A stretch of 64,000 bases of DNA from Lama glama (lineage: Eukaryota): NCBI GenBank assembly GCA_028534125.1, contig CM052816.1:93374001-93438000 (forward strand), read 5' to 3'. Shown here piece by piece: positions 48,232-60,570 of the stretch; position 1 is the stretch's first letter, and every line of letters starts with the position of its first letter. A program made the translations under genes and the position numbers. Under the pieces are notes generated by a model. It was not told the DNA's origin, made no database searches, and saw nothing but the letters and a program-made list of their open reading frames with translations.

Positions 48232-48945
48232 CATTTTTTAAAAATTGTGGTACAAAACACACACACATACACAATATAAAATTTGTCACCCTAACTATTT
48301 TAAAGTGTATATTTCACTAGTGTTAAGTATATTCACACTGTTGTGCAACAGATCTCTAGAAATCTTCCATCATGTAGAACTGAACCTCTACACCCACTGA
48401 ACAACTCCCCATTTTCCTTTCCCTCCAGCCCCTAGTGACCATAATTTAAAAAAGTTATTCATTCATTCATTCATTCATTCAATTGAAGCACAGTCAGTTA
48501 CAATGTGTCAGTTTCTGGTGTACAGCATAACGTCCTAGTCATGCATATACATACACATACTCATTTTCATAGTCTTTTTCCTTAAAGGTTATTACAAGAT
48601 ATTAGATACAGTTCCCTGAGCTATATAGAAGAAACTTGTCTTTTTAATCATTTTTTATATATAATGGCTAAAATTTCCAAATCTCATTTTAATTCCATTG
48701 CCCCATATAAGTGGAATCATGCAGTATTTGTCATTTTGTGGCTAACTTATTTCTCTTAGCACAGTGCCTTCAAGGTACACCCATGTAGTAGCATTTGACA
48801 GAATCTCCTTCTTTTTAAAGGCTAAGTAATATTCCATTGTCTTTATATGCCACATTTTCTTTTTCCATTTGTCTGTCAATGGACCTTTGGAATGCTTTCA
48901 CCTCTTGGTTATTGTAATAATTCTGCGATGAACATGAGTGTGTCC
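48232..48945 (-). mobile_element. L1MA10/L1MB-type 3' end, interrupted by a younger L1
   Basis: 'taagtatattcacactgttgtgcaacagatctctag...ccagcccctagtgacc' then 'catataagtggaatcatgcagtatttgtc...ggctaagtaatattccattg'. Confidence 0.9.
48446..48688 (-). mobile_element. Young lineage-specific (camelid-like) L1 3' end with (GAAT)n tail
   Basis: 'ttgaagcacagtcagttacaatgtgtcagtttctggtgtacagcataacgtcctagtcatgcatatacatac...aaggttattacaagatattagatacagttccctgagctata' resembles the camelid L1 3' UTR as I recall it. Confidence 0.75.
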
Positions 48946-49191
48946 TTTGGGTTCTTTTTTGCATATCTGTGTTTTAAGTGTTCAGGGGACAAACTGCGGC
49001 TAGATACCCTTTTGGACTCCTCTTAAGACATAGAAGTTGCTAGCCTATAATATAATATTTAGAAACTTATGCAAACTAAATGGCACTAGAAAGTCACCAC
49101 AAGTGAAAAAATTAGGGAGATGAAAAAAACATAGTTCCAAGGTGTCCTTTGTCTGATTGAAGAAAAACAAAAAGCTTGTTTTCTTTACCAC

Positions 49192-49596
49192 TGTAGTAGG
49201 TTACAACATTGCCCATCAATTTTTCGTTATCTTGTTATAAATTATTTACCCACGTCTTTTGCATGAAAGTTTCAGTACCCTCGCACTGTGGGCGCAACAC
49301 ACTTTCCTGCCCCATTAATACTGGCGTTGGCCACATGACTTGTAAGCTGAGGCTTCAATATGCTGATGATATTTTATCTTTTTGTGTGTGTGTGTGTGTG
49401 TGTGTGCTCTGCCATTCACCATGAGAGGAACATGCCCTGGGTTCACCTGCAGTCTGGAGCCCAGCTCAGCTCACTGACAGCCTAAATGGAGCCACCCTAA
49501 CCAGCCTGCAGAAATACAGGGAAGAAAACTGTAAGTCACTGAATTTGAGAATGCTTTGTTACACAGAGTTATTATAGCAATAGCTGACTATTACAA
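49192..49596 (+). mobile_element. Old MaLR LTR (MLT1H/I-like) containing (TG)n at about 49383-49406
   Basis: 'ttcctgccccattaatactggcgttggccacatgacttg', ends 'gtaagtcactgaatttgag...ttgttacacagagttattatagcaatagctgactattaca'. Confidence 0.8.
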
Positions 49597-51269
49597 TCAC
49601 TAACTGAGAAAACAATGTCCCTATGACACATATTTTAATTTTGACAAGTTGTTAATGTTCTGTATTGATTTTAGTTTTTCCTACATTTATCTAGATTGTA
49701 ACTCTTTGGAAGTCAGGAGCAATATTTGAAGAGTGGAGTTGGAACAAATATAGGCTATCAAATCAATGCCCAATAAAAATTTATTGACAGTGAAGGATAA
49801 AATTGTCCTGCTTTCTTTTTATGGCAATTCTGCTTCCTGTATCATTTTTTGCTGATAGTTGCCGGTAATTTCTTAACCTCCTCTGCAGCTGCAATCTCAG
49901 TTACTAGTGTAAAAGAGAAAGTTAGAATTCTATTTTGAGATGAAATCTCAAAGGACTTTTCAGGTCTGATAAAGTCTCATCCTCTAATTAATTAGGATCC
50001 CTGTGAAACACTGATGCTAAAATATAGAATAACATTGCATGTTTCTTTTCTGTTCATGCTTGTTATCCAGAAAATAGATCATCTCTCAGGTCTGACTCAT
50101 AATTATTCGCCAGACTCTACTTTGCCTGACAAATGGGCATGTTTCTTGATTGAACCACTAGCTAAAAATAGTGTACTGGGAAATCAGAACTGTAACACTT
50201 CAGCTGCATTAAGAAAAAAAATGGTGTGGAAAAAGTTTATCTTCTTTAATAAAAAAATACTTTGTCATCAAATTAGTTTTTTTGCTTCTCTTGAAATATT
50301 GCTTTATTCTCTGTTTTACACTAGCTTATTAAGCAGAGAAGCATTTATTAAATTAAAATCAATAGTGGAGATGCAAAAAAACTGGTATGATACAAAGGGG
50401 CTGCTAATAGCAATTATCTGTTGTGATACAAGATGGTGGTAGGAATTAGGTGAATTTGGGACAAAAGTCAGAGTGACATTTTTAATATATATATTTAAAA
50501 ATTTTTACTTTTGAATCATGTGATTGTATTTCAATTTTTAAAATTATATATAAATTAACATTAAGTTTATAACAGGATAGAAAATAAATTTGGTAGCTCC
50601 AGGGGAGTTTGATATCTTTACATGATTTACATAACCCAATATGCTTAACAGAAAGCTAGCATTTTATGACAGTAGTAAATATTATCTGAAAGCAATAATT
50701 TTTAGATGAGGTGAGATCTTGACCCTCAAAGCCATACCTAAAATGTATACTTGTTCTGACTTCGCTGCTCGCAGCTTTGCTTCATGTAAGGTGATGGCAT
50801 AATTAATGTTTAAATGCTATGCTGTTCTTATTGGAGAAATGGACTAAGGAAATAGAAGACTTATATACTCAGTATACATCGCACTGACAAGCAGCTGGTT
50901 TATCACTATTTTCAAGAAGAGGAAGAATACAGATATTTCCTGGTGGCTTGAGGTCATCACAGTTGGTGTCAATTTTGACCATTTTGGAAAAGTCAACTTT
51001 GGGAAAGTTCATTTTCAGGAGACGTCTTAAAATGAAAATCTGAATGTTCAATGAGCGGGTGGAAACATAAATCTCTAATTCAATTTCCAGTTCTTACCAT
51101 TTTAAGAGTATGTTTCGAAAACTCAGCTTTATCTCCACATGGGCAAGGCGTAAGGAGTTGGGGAAGGTGGTCATCTCTGAGAAAGATGTAGTGAGAGTTA
51201 ATTAGCTAATGGGTGGAAGTGCTCTCTCTAACTGCCACTGATTATGAGCAGGGGTTATAAGAAAAGATA

Positions 51270-51342
<73 letters not shown>
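51270..51342. repeat. Compound (TG)n(TA)n microsatellite
   Basis: Direct observation. Confidence 0.98.
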
Positions 51343-51345
<3 letters not shown>

Positions 51346-52112
51346 TGCCTCTGTTATATGGACTTTTATTTCTTTCTTACGATCTTGGGAACCTCTGTCC
51401 TTCATTCTTACCCAGTTAATTTTGTCATTACATTGAAGATCCGCTTGCATGAGACTTATTTTCTTTTTAATGACTTAGAAGATTAATTTGGAGGAACGGA
51501 GCATATTACTTTTCCTGTTGAGTAGGTAGAAAATGAGGTCAGCAATTGAAGTCTCAGCGGGCTTCGTTCTGTGCCCTGTGCACCCAAGAGGCCGTAGTCT
51601 CAAACCGAGGGATCGCAATCTTGCTGGCTTCTCTGGGGAAGCAGGAGGGCACACATCACCTCTGTCTCCACCCTAGAGTATTGGCTCAGCCAAAATGAGG
51701 AACCAGCTTGAAGGTCTGCATTCCCTTTCCAGCGCAGTGTCCCTTCTTTCCTCAGGCACTCAGTTACTTAAATTACAGAATTGGCAGTGACTTTTCAATT
51801 TTAAAAACCTAATTGAACGTAGTCTTATGAGATGCAGGACCCGTTATGCTCCAGGGAGAGCCCTCTAAATTCCACTGAGGTTTTTACAATGAACATGCTC
51901 AGACACAGGCCCGGCGCAGCAGAGGAAAGGAGACTCAGTGGAAGGTTTGCTGCTGTCCTTGAGATTTCTGCTTTGGATTATTGCTAAACGAGTTCTGCTA
52001 GTCCTACCGGAGCCCACTTACTGATAACATTCTTGATAATATTGATGGCAATATTGATGATAGTATTGAAGAAAAGGTGGCTATAAATCGGGCAACGTCG
52101 GAGCTTGCAGCA

Positions 52113-52430
52113 GTGACTTAGTGAGGGACACTGTGACAAAATACCAGACTGGGTGCTTTAAACAGCAGACACTTATTTCTCACAGTTCTGGAGGCTGGAA
52201 GGGCCAGATCAGGGTGCTTGACTGGGTTCTGGTGAGAGCCCTCTTCCAGTTGAAGTCTGCCCTGTAATTAATTAGGTTTCACCCTCTAATCATTGTATCA
52301 TCTAATTGTGTCCTCGTGTGGATGAGGGTGAGCGAGCCGGCCCCCGGCCTCCTCTTACAAGGCCGGCAAGCCCATCCGGTGGGCTCCAGCCTCGTGACCC
52401 AGTGACCTCCGAACAGGCCCACCTGCCGCA
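52113..52430 (-). mobile_element. MaLR LTR, MLT1A0-like, truncated, with GC-shifted distal part
   Basis: 'ccagactgggtgctttaaacagcagacacttatttctcacagttctggaggctggaag...ggttctggtgagagccctcttcc'. Confidence 0.85.
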
Positions 52431-52639
52431 CAAGTGCTCAGTTCCTTGCTAGCAAGAAAAACAACTCTTTCAAAATCCCAAATGATACTTTTATAAAGGC
52501 ATACACACACACAAATTCATCCAAATCACAGTGGATGATTTTATGGAAATGAGAACGGGAATTCATTAATAGGATCTCGCAGGCAGCATCTCTAGTGCCT
52601 GAAATGTATGCATCTGCGGCTGTTCTAACGATGCCATCC

Positions 52640-53213
52640 TGACCAGGACAGACGCAGTGTTCTCCTCAGCGTGGCTAAACTTAAGGCAGATTTCTTCCTG
52701 ACTATAGGCCCCGGATGCTCCTTTTCTTAGAGCATTTTCCTTAGAAAACTAGCAGTTGTAAATTCTTTCTCTGCCCCTTGAAATGGATGTAAATCGTCTC
52801 CTAGTGTCTCACCAGCCAGTTTTACAACCCAGGAAATGCCTTTCTCAAGGACCTGAGGAACCATCTCTTTGAAAGTTAAAAATCAAGTAAGATAGCATCT
52901 CTCTGGCCCTATCTCCTGTCCCTGTGGGAGGTGGGGGCCTGACTTGGATGGGTATCAACTGAATGGTATAGTTGCAGAGAAAGCTATTCACAAACGTGGG
53001 AATGACTCAATGTGTTCAGTGCATCCCCTTGATCAGCCTCACCCCTACTGCCCTCCAGCCTTTTCCATCAGTTCACCTTAGTGCTTAAAGACCCTCCTGT
53101 CTTTTTTTTCCCCAGTGGAGTCACTTCCTTTAGGTTCTATCTTCCACTGCAGTAGACTGAATAAAGTCTTCCTTGCCTGCCTACTTGTATCCCTTGCAAT
53201 TTTTGCTTTGACA
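52640..53213 (+). mobile_element. ERV1 solo LTR (MER67-like)
   Basis: TG...CA ends, 'cttttcttagagcattttccttagaaaact...acaacccaggaaatgcctttctcaaggacctg', 'ctgaataaagtcttccttgcc...gctttgaca'. Confidence 0.8.
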
Positions 53214-54683
53214 TTCTACATATTCTAGAATTGAAGTAAAAGTTTACAGAGATACAAAGATGCAGAACGGACAAAGATGACCGGGGGAAGCCTTAGGGAG
53301 ATCGTGGATGAGAAGGGGGGCGATATTGGATGCTCATAACACTGAAAGCCAGGCGGCAATTTGCATTTCAAACATACTTCTGATCAGGAAATCACCTCAA
53401 ATCCACCACGAAGAACATAAAAGCTCATAGAAAATATAGAATTGTTTGCAGTTGTGAATAATATGTTGCTCCATTTCCTCAAAGTTTCTCAGAAAACTTT
53501 ATATATTAGAAGATGTTTCAAAGGGAGAATTGCTAAAGACTTAAAACTACAGGAAAGAAACATAGTCTCCCTTTTTGTGGTAAGGTTTTTTTTTCCCTTT
53601 TCCCAGAAAGAACCATTGCTATATGCGGCTGATACAAAACTATTCACATCTGCAACAGTGGAATGCAGATACTATAGAACACAGAATTGAAAAAAACTCT
53701 GAGTATCCATAATGAATGTTGTACAGTAAGATAATTAACCTATTAATATCACATCAAGATATTATTTAAAACACAGATTTCTAAGTAGCCATTTTCCTTA
53801 ACTCATAGCTATTACATTAATTTTATTATGCATATTTTGGCATAAGATATCTGACAATGTTTTCTTTTTTATTTTCAACAAACTATTATTAGCCAACTGC
53901 TATGATTTAGGCATAGAACTAGGTTTTCTGGGAAATGGAAAGTTAAAAAGTTTCCATGCCTCTCCTTAGGACACATGTAATTTAATGGTGTAAAGAAATA
54001 ATATAAACCAATAGCTTAATGCCATCTAGTAAATGGCCTAGGAGCCCACAGATGGAAACTTAGATTCTACCAGCCCACTATACCTTCCTTGCCATCCTTT
54101 AAAATAACCCAAGTCAGCCACATAGATGCTCATAAACCTGTTGCAAGTAGCATTCACTCATTGATTTAGCAAACATTTATGGAGTATGAGCTATGTAGCA
54201 GCATTGCTTGATGTGCGGGGAATATAATGGGGTAAAAGCAGACGAAAATCTCCTGCTGCCCAGTGTGGGAGACAAACGGCAAACAAAATATACTTGTAAT
54301 ATATGATGATGTGATGTGCTCTGTAAAAAAGGATACAGCAGGATGACTGTGATGGGTGAAGAGGGGAGGGGTGCAATTTTAGGTAGGGTGGTCCAGGATG
54401 GCATCTCTGATCAGGGGCCCCTGAACGTGGAGCTGAAGCAAGGAAAGGGAGGTGGAAAGGAGTCAGAGCAGGACTCAAGGGCCAACTCATGTAGGCCTCG
54501 GGGCGGGGAGGCAAGAGTTTTGAATTTTATTCTAAATGTGATGAGGAGCCTTGAAGGGTTGAGAGTGATATGCCCTGGACCAACTAACATTTTGTAAGGA
54601 TGACTCTGGCTGAAGGGGCAGACAGAGACCTGCTCAGGAGGAAGTACTAAAATCATCCAGGTAGTAGTTGATAGTGACTCAGA

Positions 54684-54853
54684 TTAGCGTTTCTCAGCCT
54701 CAGCACAACTGACATTTGGGGGCAGGTGATTCTGTACTGCAAGGGGATGGCCTGTGCACCGTAGAATGTTTAGCAGCATTGCTGGCCTCTGCGCATAGAT
54801 GCTGTTAGCACCCTCACAATTACGGCAGTCAGAAATGTGTCTAGACACTGTTA
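54684..54853 (+). mobile_element. MER20 hAT-Charlie MITE
   Basis: 'tttctcagcctcagcacaactgacatttgggggcaggtgattct...cctgtgcaccgtagaatgtttagcagcattgctggcctct'. Confidence 0.92.
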
Positions 54854-54854
54854 C

Positions 54855-54950
54855 TTTTCAAGGTCACATGGCTGGTGGGTGGGTAGCAGACCGAGATTCA
54901 GATCCCCATTTACAGAATCCAGGAGCATCAGCTTTTAATCACCTTGCTGC
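54855..54950 (-). mobile_element. MIR fragment
   Basis: 'caaggtcacatggctgg...gagattcagatcccc...gcttttaatcacc'. Confidence 0.7.
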
Positions 54951-55832
54951 TCTGTCTTCCACATCAGTTGCTCTCTTGGTTTACCTGGAGATGAGCCCCT
55001 GATAAAGGAATGGAAAGGAGGAGAGACTTGTATTGGAGGCGAGAAGGCTGTAGGAGTAAGAGGGATGATTCAGTGATGCTGGAGGTCACCTTCCTTGATT
55101 AACTGGTTAACGCTGACACCAGTTACAGAGAAGGGACTAGAGCATTTGTTGGGCATGTGTGCTCTGCAGCTGAAATTGTTCCGTATTGAATGTTTTGATT
55201 TTGTGCATCTAAATAGCATAGCTTTTAAGGAATACTTAATATCTCAGTCTTAAAGAGAAGAAAGTTGGAAACCTTTTAGGGAATTGTATCCCTTCAGTCT
55301 AGAGTCTGATTTCTATGCCAATGACATTTTTCGAGAAGTTATGGTTTTGACCTATGCTCATCCAAACTCAAATGATTCCATAATGGTTTCATGTTCTTGC
55401 TAAGGTGTCCATATTTCTCCCTAAAGCACTAGGTAGTTATGCTCTTTTCTGATTGATACCTTGCCTTTTATCAGCCAGACTAAGTGGGAGACAAGGCGGA
55501 TTGGAGCAGAGTTCATTCTCTCACTAGCTGGGGCTCTGTGAGATATAAAACTTCAGCGCTAAACGTCGTTCCAAATTCTGCAAGTTTACTCACTCTGCAG
55601 AATCACGTTATTAACTCTTACCTAGAATGTCTTTGAATGTGCATCAAAATATTTTAATAATTTAAAAATAAAATTCAAACACCTATCTATTCCAAGCTCC
55701 TTATATAACATTTTGGAAATGGGGTTAAACATGGAAAATAGTTTTACAAAACCTTTTATCTTTTCTCTAGTCACGCATTTTCTGGCCTCTGTGCTTACAG
55801 TCTTCCCCCCACCCCACCCCCTCTCCCTTTAC

Positions 55833-55856
55833 CACACACACACACACACACACACA
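55833..55856. repeat. (CA)n microsatellite
   Basis: Direct CA run. Confidence 0.95.
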
Positions 55857-56772
55857 TCTGAAATGTTCCCCTCTATTTGTCTAGTGAACTAGTTATTTGC
55901 CAAGTCTTGTCAAGACCACTTTCTGTACCATTTTTCTCCATCCTGTCCTCCATCACATTATAGCGCTCTGCATCTCCGATTGAAAAGGCTCTGCACACAC
56001 GTCTTCTGTAGTGTTCTGCACTTGTGAGCACCTGCTCACCCTTAACTCTCTTATTGCAATGTGACAAATCAAGCACGGGTCTGTGTCTAACTTTCCACAT
56101 TCAGCACCTCCCAAAATGCCTAACATGTAAGTCAGCTGTCTGATGGGCCAGTTCCTATTTGCATCTCCGTGTTTTGGACCCTGAAATTGGATACTCAGAA
56201 AACTGACTTGCTCTGTTGACTGTTATGATTGCACAGTTAGCCTTAAGGAGCCTCCTTAACAAGATGTAGGTTCCGGGTTCCCTTAGACACCATCTTCTAT
56301 CCTTCTCCACGATAGCTGTGCTGACAATCATAAACAGTAACTGTAGTGTCATTTGAGCTTCACAATGATAGATGCAGAAAGAACCTTTGCACATGGCTAG
56401 AAAAATGTTGGAGAACACCAACCCAGGCAGGGAAGAGACAAGTTTACTCCAGCTAGCTACGAGAGACATAGAAAGTCCACAGAAGCCCAGAGCCCTGAGA
56501 CCCACTGACCTTCCTCCCAGAAGCTGGCACTTCTTTTAGAAGGATCAGCCTTCAGCAGTATACATTTTCTTCCTCTTTTAATATCATGCTGTGCAGACAT
56601 ATCTGGGCTTCCTAGAATATAAGTTAGTATGGCAATAATTGTCTAAGTGTTTGATTAGTATTAATAGGGGTATAAACCAAAATGAGTGTTCTGGGGTCCC
56701 CTACAATGCTTTGTCCTCTGTCCTGGGAGGCTGACTAAGGGAAATAAGGAACCATCTCGCCACACCCTCCAT

Positions 56773-57272
56773 NNNNNNNNNNNNNNNNNNNNNNNNNNNN
56801 NNNNNNNNNNNNNNNNNNNNNNNNNNNNNNNNNNNNNNNNNNNNNNNNNNNNNNNNNNNNNNNNNNNNNNNNNNNNNNNNNNNNNNNNNNNNNNNNNNNN
56901 NNNNNNNNNNNNNNNNNNNNNNNNNNNNNNNNNNNNNNNNNNNNNNNNNNNNNNNNNNNNNNNNNNNNNNNNNNNNNNNNNNNNNNNNNNNNNNNNNNNN
57001 NNNNNNNNNNNNNNNNNNNNNNNNNNNNNNNNNNNNNNNNNNNNNNNNNNNNNNNNNNNNNNNNNNNNNNNNNNNNNNNNNNNNNNNNNNNNNNNNNNNN
57101 NNNNNNNNNNNNNNNNNNNNNNNNNNNNNNNNNNNNNNNNNNNNNNNNNNNNNNNNNNNNNNNNNNNNNNNNNNNNNNNNNNNNNNNNNNNNNNNNNNNN
57201 NNNNNNNNNNNNNNNNNNNNNNNNNNNNNNNNNNNNNNNNNNNNNNNNNNNNNNNNNNNNNNNNNNNNNNNN
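56773..57272. other. Assembly gap (500 N)
   Basis: Run of exactly 500 N. Confidence 1.
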
Positions 57273-57685
57273 TTGGTTGGTGGTAAGATAACCAGAAGTC
57301 AATATCATCAACCTTCTCGTTCCAATGGTCTGGGGTCTACGTGCTGGTGGTCAGCACATAGGTAACTTCTTCCATGTGGTGTTGGGGTTTCAGTATCTGC
57401 ACAAAAGTTCAAAGGATATGGCTCAAAATATTATCCATAGCCCTTGAGGAGGAATTAAAAGTCCTTGACTTTGTTTAATGACTAAGCTGTTATTTTGTCT
57501 TGCTTTACTATTCTCTTTTGTTTCTGAATTTTCACATTTCTCTGATTAAATTTATTCTTTGGAACTTGGAGAAGGCCTAGGAGTCTAAAGTTCTTCTACA
57601 AACAGGCAGGCAGAGAACATGGCAGGTAGGGTGGATGGGGGGAGGTCTGCCCCAGGAAGGCTCTACAGGGTCCTGCTTAAGTATA
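57273..57685 (-). mobile_element. ERV1 LTR (laurasiatherian/cetartiodactyl type), cut by the gap, apparently inserted in an MLT1A
   Basis: 'tctggggtctacgtgctggtggtcagc...agcccttgaggaggaattaaaagtccttgactttg...ccaggaaggctctacagggtcctgct', followed by MLT1A end 'ataccatcactttagaggttaagg...catatgaatt'. Confidence 0.8.
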
Positions 57686-57799
57686 ATACCATCACTTTAG
57701 AGGTTAAGGCTTTAGCATATGAATTCGGTAGGGGGCAGAGGGCAGAGAGGTAGTGGTGGTGGTGGTCAAAAACATTTATTTAGTTCATTAAGATATGAT

Positions 57800-58450
57800 C
57801 ATGGGAATAAATGGACAAGGTGGAGTTAAAGAGAATAACTTTAGAGGAGTGGAATTCAAGGAATTGAGAGAATGGATGGATGATCAATGTGGGTTTTAAT
57901 TATGATAGAGTAGTATTGGAAAGAGTGACAGTAGCCAGAAGCTGAACTCCTCTAGCAAGAAAGGGAGGTGGAGCCCTATGAGCATGGGAGATGACTACAA
58001 CAGGAAGGTAAAACATCTGATGAAATGGCCTAATGTGGGGAGTTTTGATGGATAAAGGACAGATAAAGTTCTGGAAATGATGAGGAACAAAAGGGACACT
58101 CACTGCAGCTCCAGACTCCATAGTACACAGAGAGTGGGAGGTAAACAGCCACTGCTCAGAGGCTGGAAGGAAATCAGTGCCCTCAGGGGGTCCGGGGCTC
58201 AGTCAGATTAAGAATGTGAGGAGGACATTTGGGGGAAGATGCTGAGGTTAAGGGAGAGGGCTGGTAATTGATTGAGTGTCTCAGGGCACAGTGAATGAAA
58301 AGAATTCAGAAGACGGAGGGGGGGAGATGGAAACGGCAGCTTATGTGGCCAGATATGGGTTGACCTTTGAGGGGTGAAGAATGACCTTGGAGACCTGGGT
58401 CTTATGTGGCGACTGAGGTGAAGAGGGATAAAGCACATAATTAGATCAGT
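57800..58450 (-). mobile_element. Older L2 internal fragment
   Basis: Purine-rich 'ggaattcaaggaattgagag', 'gagagtgacagtagccagaagctgaactcc', 'aacagccactgctcagaggctg'. Confidence 0.55.
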
Positions 58451-60189
58451 CCAGTTGATCCAAGGTACAGAGTGATGGAGATGTTGTGAAGGTGGAGGGA
58501 GGGAGGGATGCAGAGGAAATTTGACAGAAGCAGGAAGAATTCTGATCTCCCATTGGAGCTCTGCACAAGCATGCCCTTCATGCTCTTGGATTTAGCTCAA
58601 TGGTGGTCTGCAGAATTGGCCTTTCTCTAAGTGCAAGCTCTCCCCTGACTCCTTCATACATCTTAAGTGCCTAACAAATGTTGCTGAGTGGTTCAAAGAG
58701 CCAAGAGTGAGAATGATATGGGCAAAATTCAAGGCAATTCTGGGACTTAATCACAAAGAATGTAGTTCAGTTCCATTGGGATCTTAATCCATAGTCTGAT
58801 TTCTTACATAGGAAATGAGAAAAGGGCAGTTATAAAATTCAGGTTTCAAGGCATAAAAGGAGAATGCAGAAGTAAATTTTATGCAAAAAGTATAGAGCAG
58901 AAGTCTGAGATTTCTGTAACCGAGTTATGGTTTGTGAAATACGCTGTTTTTTTCCCAGGGGTGAGTATGTTTTTTAAACCAAAGCAAGGTGAAAAACAAC
59001 TGTCCTAAAAGAGAGAACTCCTATTTCCATCAGCACAAGCTAGAGAAAAAGCGAGAAATATGGAGGAAGGGCAAATTTTGGCAGTGCACAGATCTCTATA
59101 CCTCTTAACACCTCATGACAACTCATTAAAATGAATGTCTCTTGGTGTTTGGAATTTTTCCAGTCAAATGAAGAGTTTCTTTTGGCTTCATGTGTCTTCT
59201 TAGAAACTAGCAGTTTTCCTACAATTTTTTTTTCAGGGTTTTAGCTATCTTTGTAATGAATTTATAACAGCAGAGCATCTGTTAACAGAAAGCTTCTCTT
59301 GATGTTCCCTGAATCAGAGAGCAAATGGTTTTCTGAAGACATTAGCTCCATCCTCAATTAGGAACAATGAATTTTGAAGAGTTTGAGGGAAGTTTGGGGA
59401 TTAAGTAATCTGCTCTGCCCTTTACTTCCTTCCCCCAAACTCCTCTGGCAATTTTTCAGAGAAGTTAACTAGCTTTTCATGGTCACAATAAATTGTGGCT
59501 TACACCAATTTCAGGAATGCATTAAGCCAGGAAACTTGGTGATTATATACATACATGAACTTGAGTCCCTTAAAGACATGGAGGTGCTGTGGGCAGGTGG
59601 TGGTCACTCAGCTGCAGAGGAGAGATCAGCTTCTCCTATTTGTGTCAGATACTCCTGAGGAAGAAGAAATGGGAAGACTGGGATTATGACATGCAAAGGG
59701 AAAGTATAATTTACAGTTGACTTATGATTAATACACTTTATGAGTTTTTTCCATTGAAAAAAGCATGGTTAAAAGGTGATTTTAAATATATCAAATAACA
59801 ATGACCTATATATAAAGTAAAATTTGTTGTATTCATAAATTTTTCTAAGGATGGTTTGCTGTAAATTGGATTGATTCTGAAATAAAATAAAACATTTTTG
59901 AAAAACAGCTGATAAATTTAAAACACATGTTTACTCTTTTGTGTTTTAGTATGAAAAAAGTTTTGTATGCTACTTGATAATTTTTTCTTTTTTAAACTTA
60001 TATTTTGAAACCAATATGCAAAAATTAAACCAGAGGAGTATATTTGCTATAAAATAACTCATTAGGATAGGAGTATTTTCTTAAACACTAATGAATACTG
60101 ACACCATATGATTTAGAGTGTCTATTACTTTCCTGTATCTGGTTATTATATTTACTATGGAAACTCACAATTGATTCCCTCCAATCATA

Positions 60190-60290
60190 TATTTGTGCAT
60201 TTGTGTACCTACATGTATATGTACATGTGTGTACATGTGTATGTATATATGTATATATAGGTGTCTATTTGTGGGTGTGTGTGTACATAT
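60190..60290. repeat. Degenerate (TG/TA)n simple repeat
   Basis: 'tgtatatgtacatgtgtgtacatgtgtatgtatatatgtatatatag'. Confidence 0.85.
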
Positions 60291-60399
60291 TCAGATTTTT
60301 AAGAATATTTGTAAATCTTGCAATTGTTTTTCTGGTACTAATGTCATCCAAACTAATAGCTTATATTCAAACTGATGAAGAGAAATTTGACTTAGAAAG

Positions 60400-60570
60400 C
60401 TAAAACCATTTGGGTTCTAGTCTCAACATTTCAGTGACCTTGAAGAAGAAAAGTAACCTCAGTGTAACTCAGATTCTTCATTTGTTTTGAAATACTGTGC
60501 CATTAATATTGACTTTCAGAATGGGATTAATATTGCCAGCTTATATAAGGATAGTTGGGGGATATGATTA
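60400..60570 (+). mobile_element. MIR fragment
   Basis: 'tgggttctagtctc...gtgaccttgaagaag...taacctc...ctcagattcttcatttg...aatgggattaata'. Confidence 0.65.

Larger units (their letters stand above)
54150..55140 (-). mobile_element. L2 3' portion interrupted by MER20 and MIR
   Basis: 'cattcactcattgatttagcaaacatttatggag...ttgaattttattctaaatgtgatgaggagcc...ggatgactctggctg'. Confidence 0.85.

Noticed and set aside
50014..50442. 142-aa ORF
   Set aside because: AT-rich, Leu/Phe/Ile/Lys-biased random-like translation with no homology recognised.
16780..53213. Two related MER67-like LTRs as the ends of one provirus
   Set aside because: Opposite orientations, 36 kb apart, no gag/pol/env between them; independent solo LTRs.
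59648..59703. Possible exon after 'ttctcctatttgtgtcag'
   Set aside because: Poor donor (gtataa) and no recognisable peptide.
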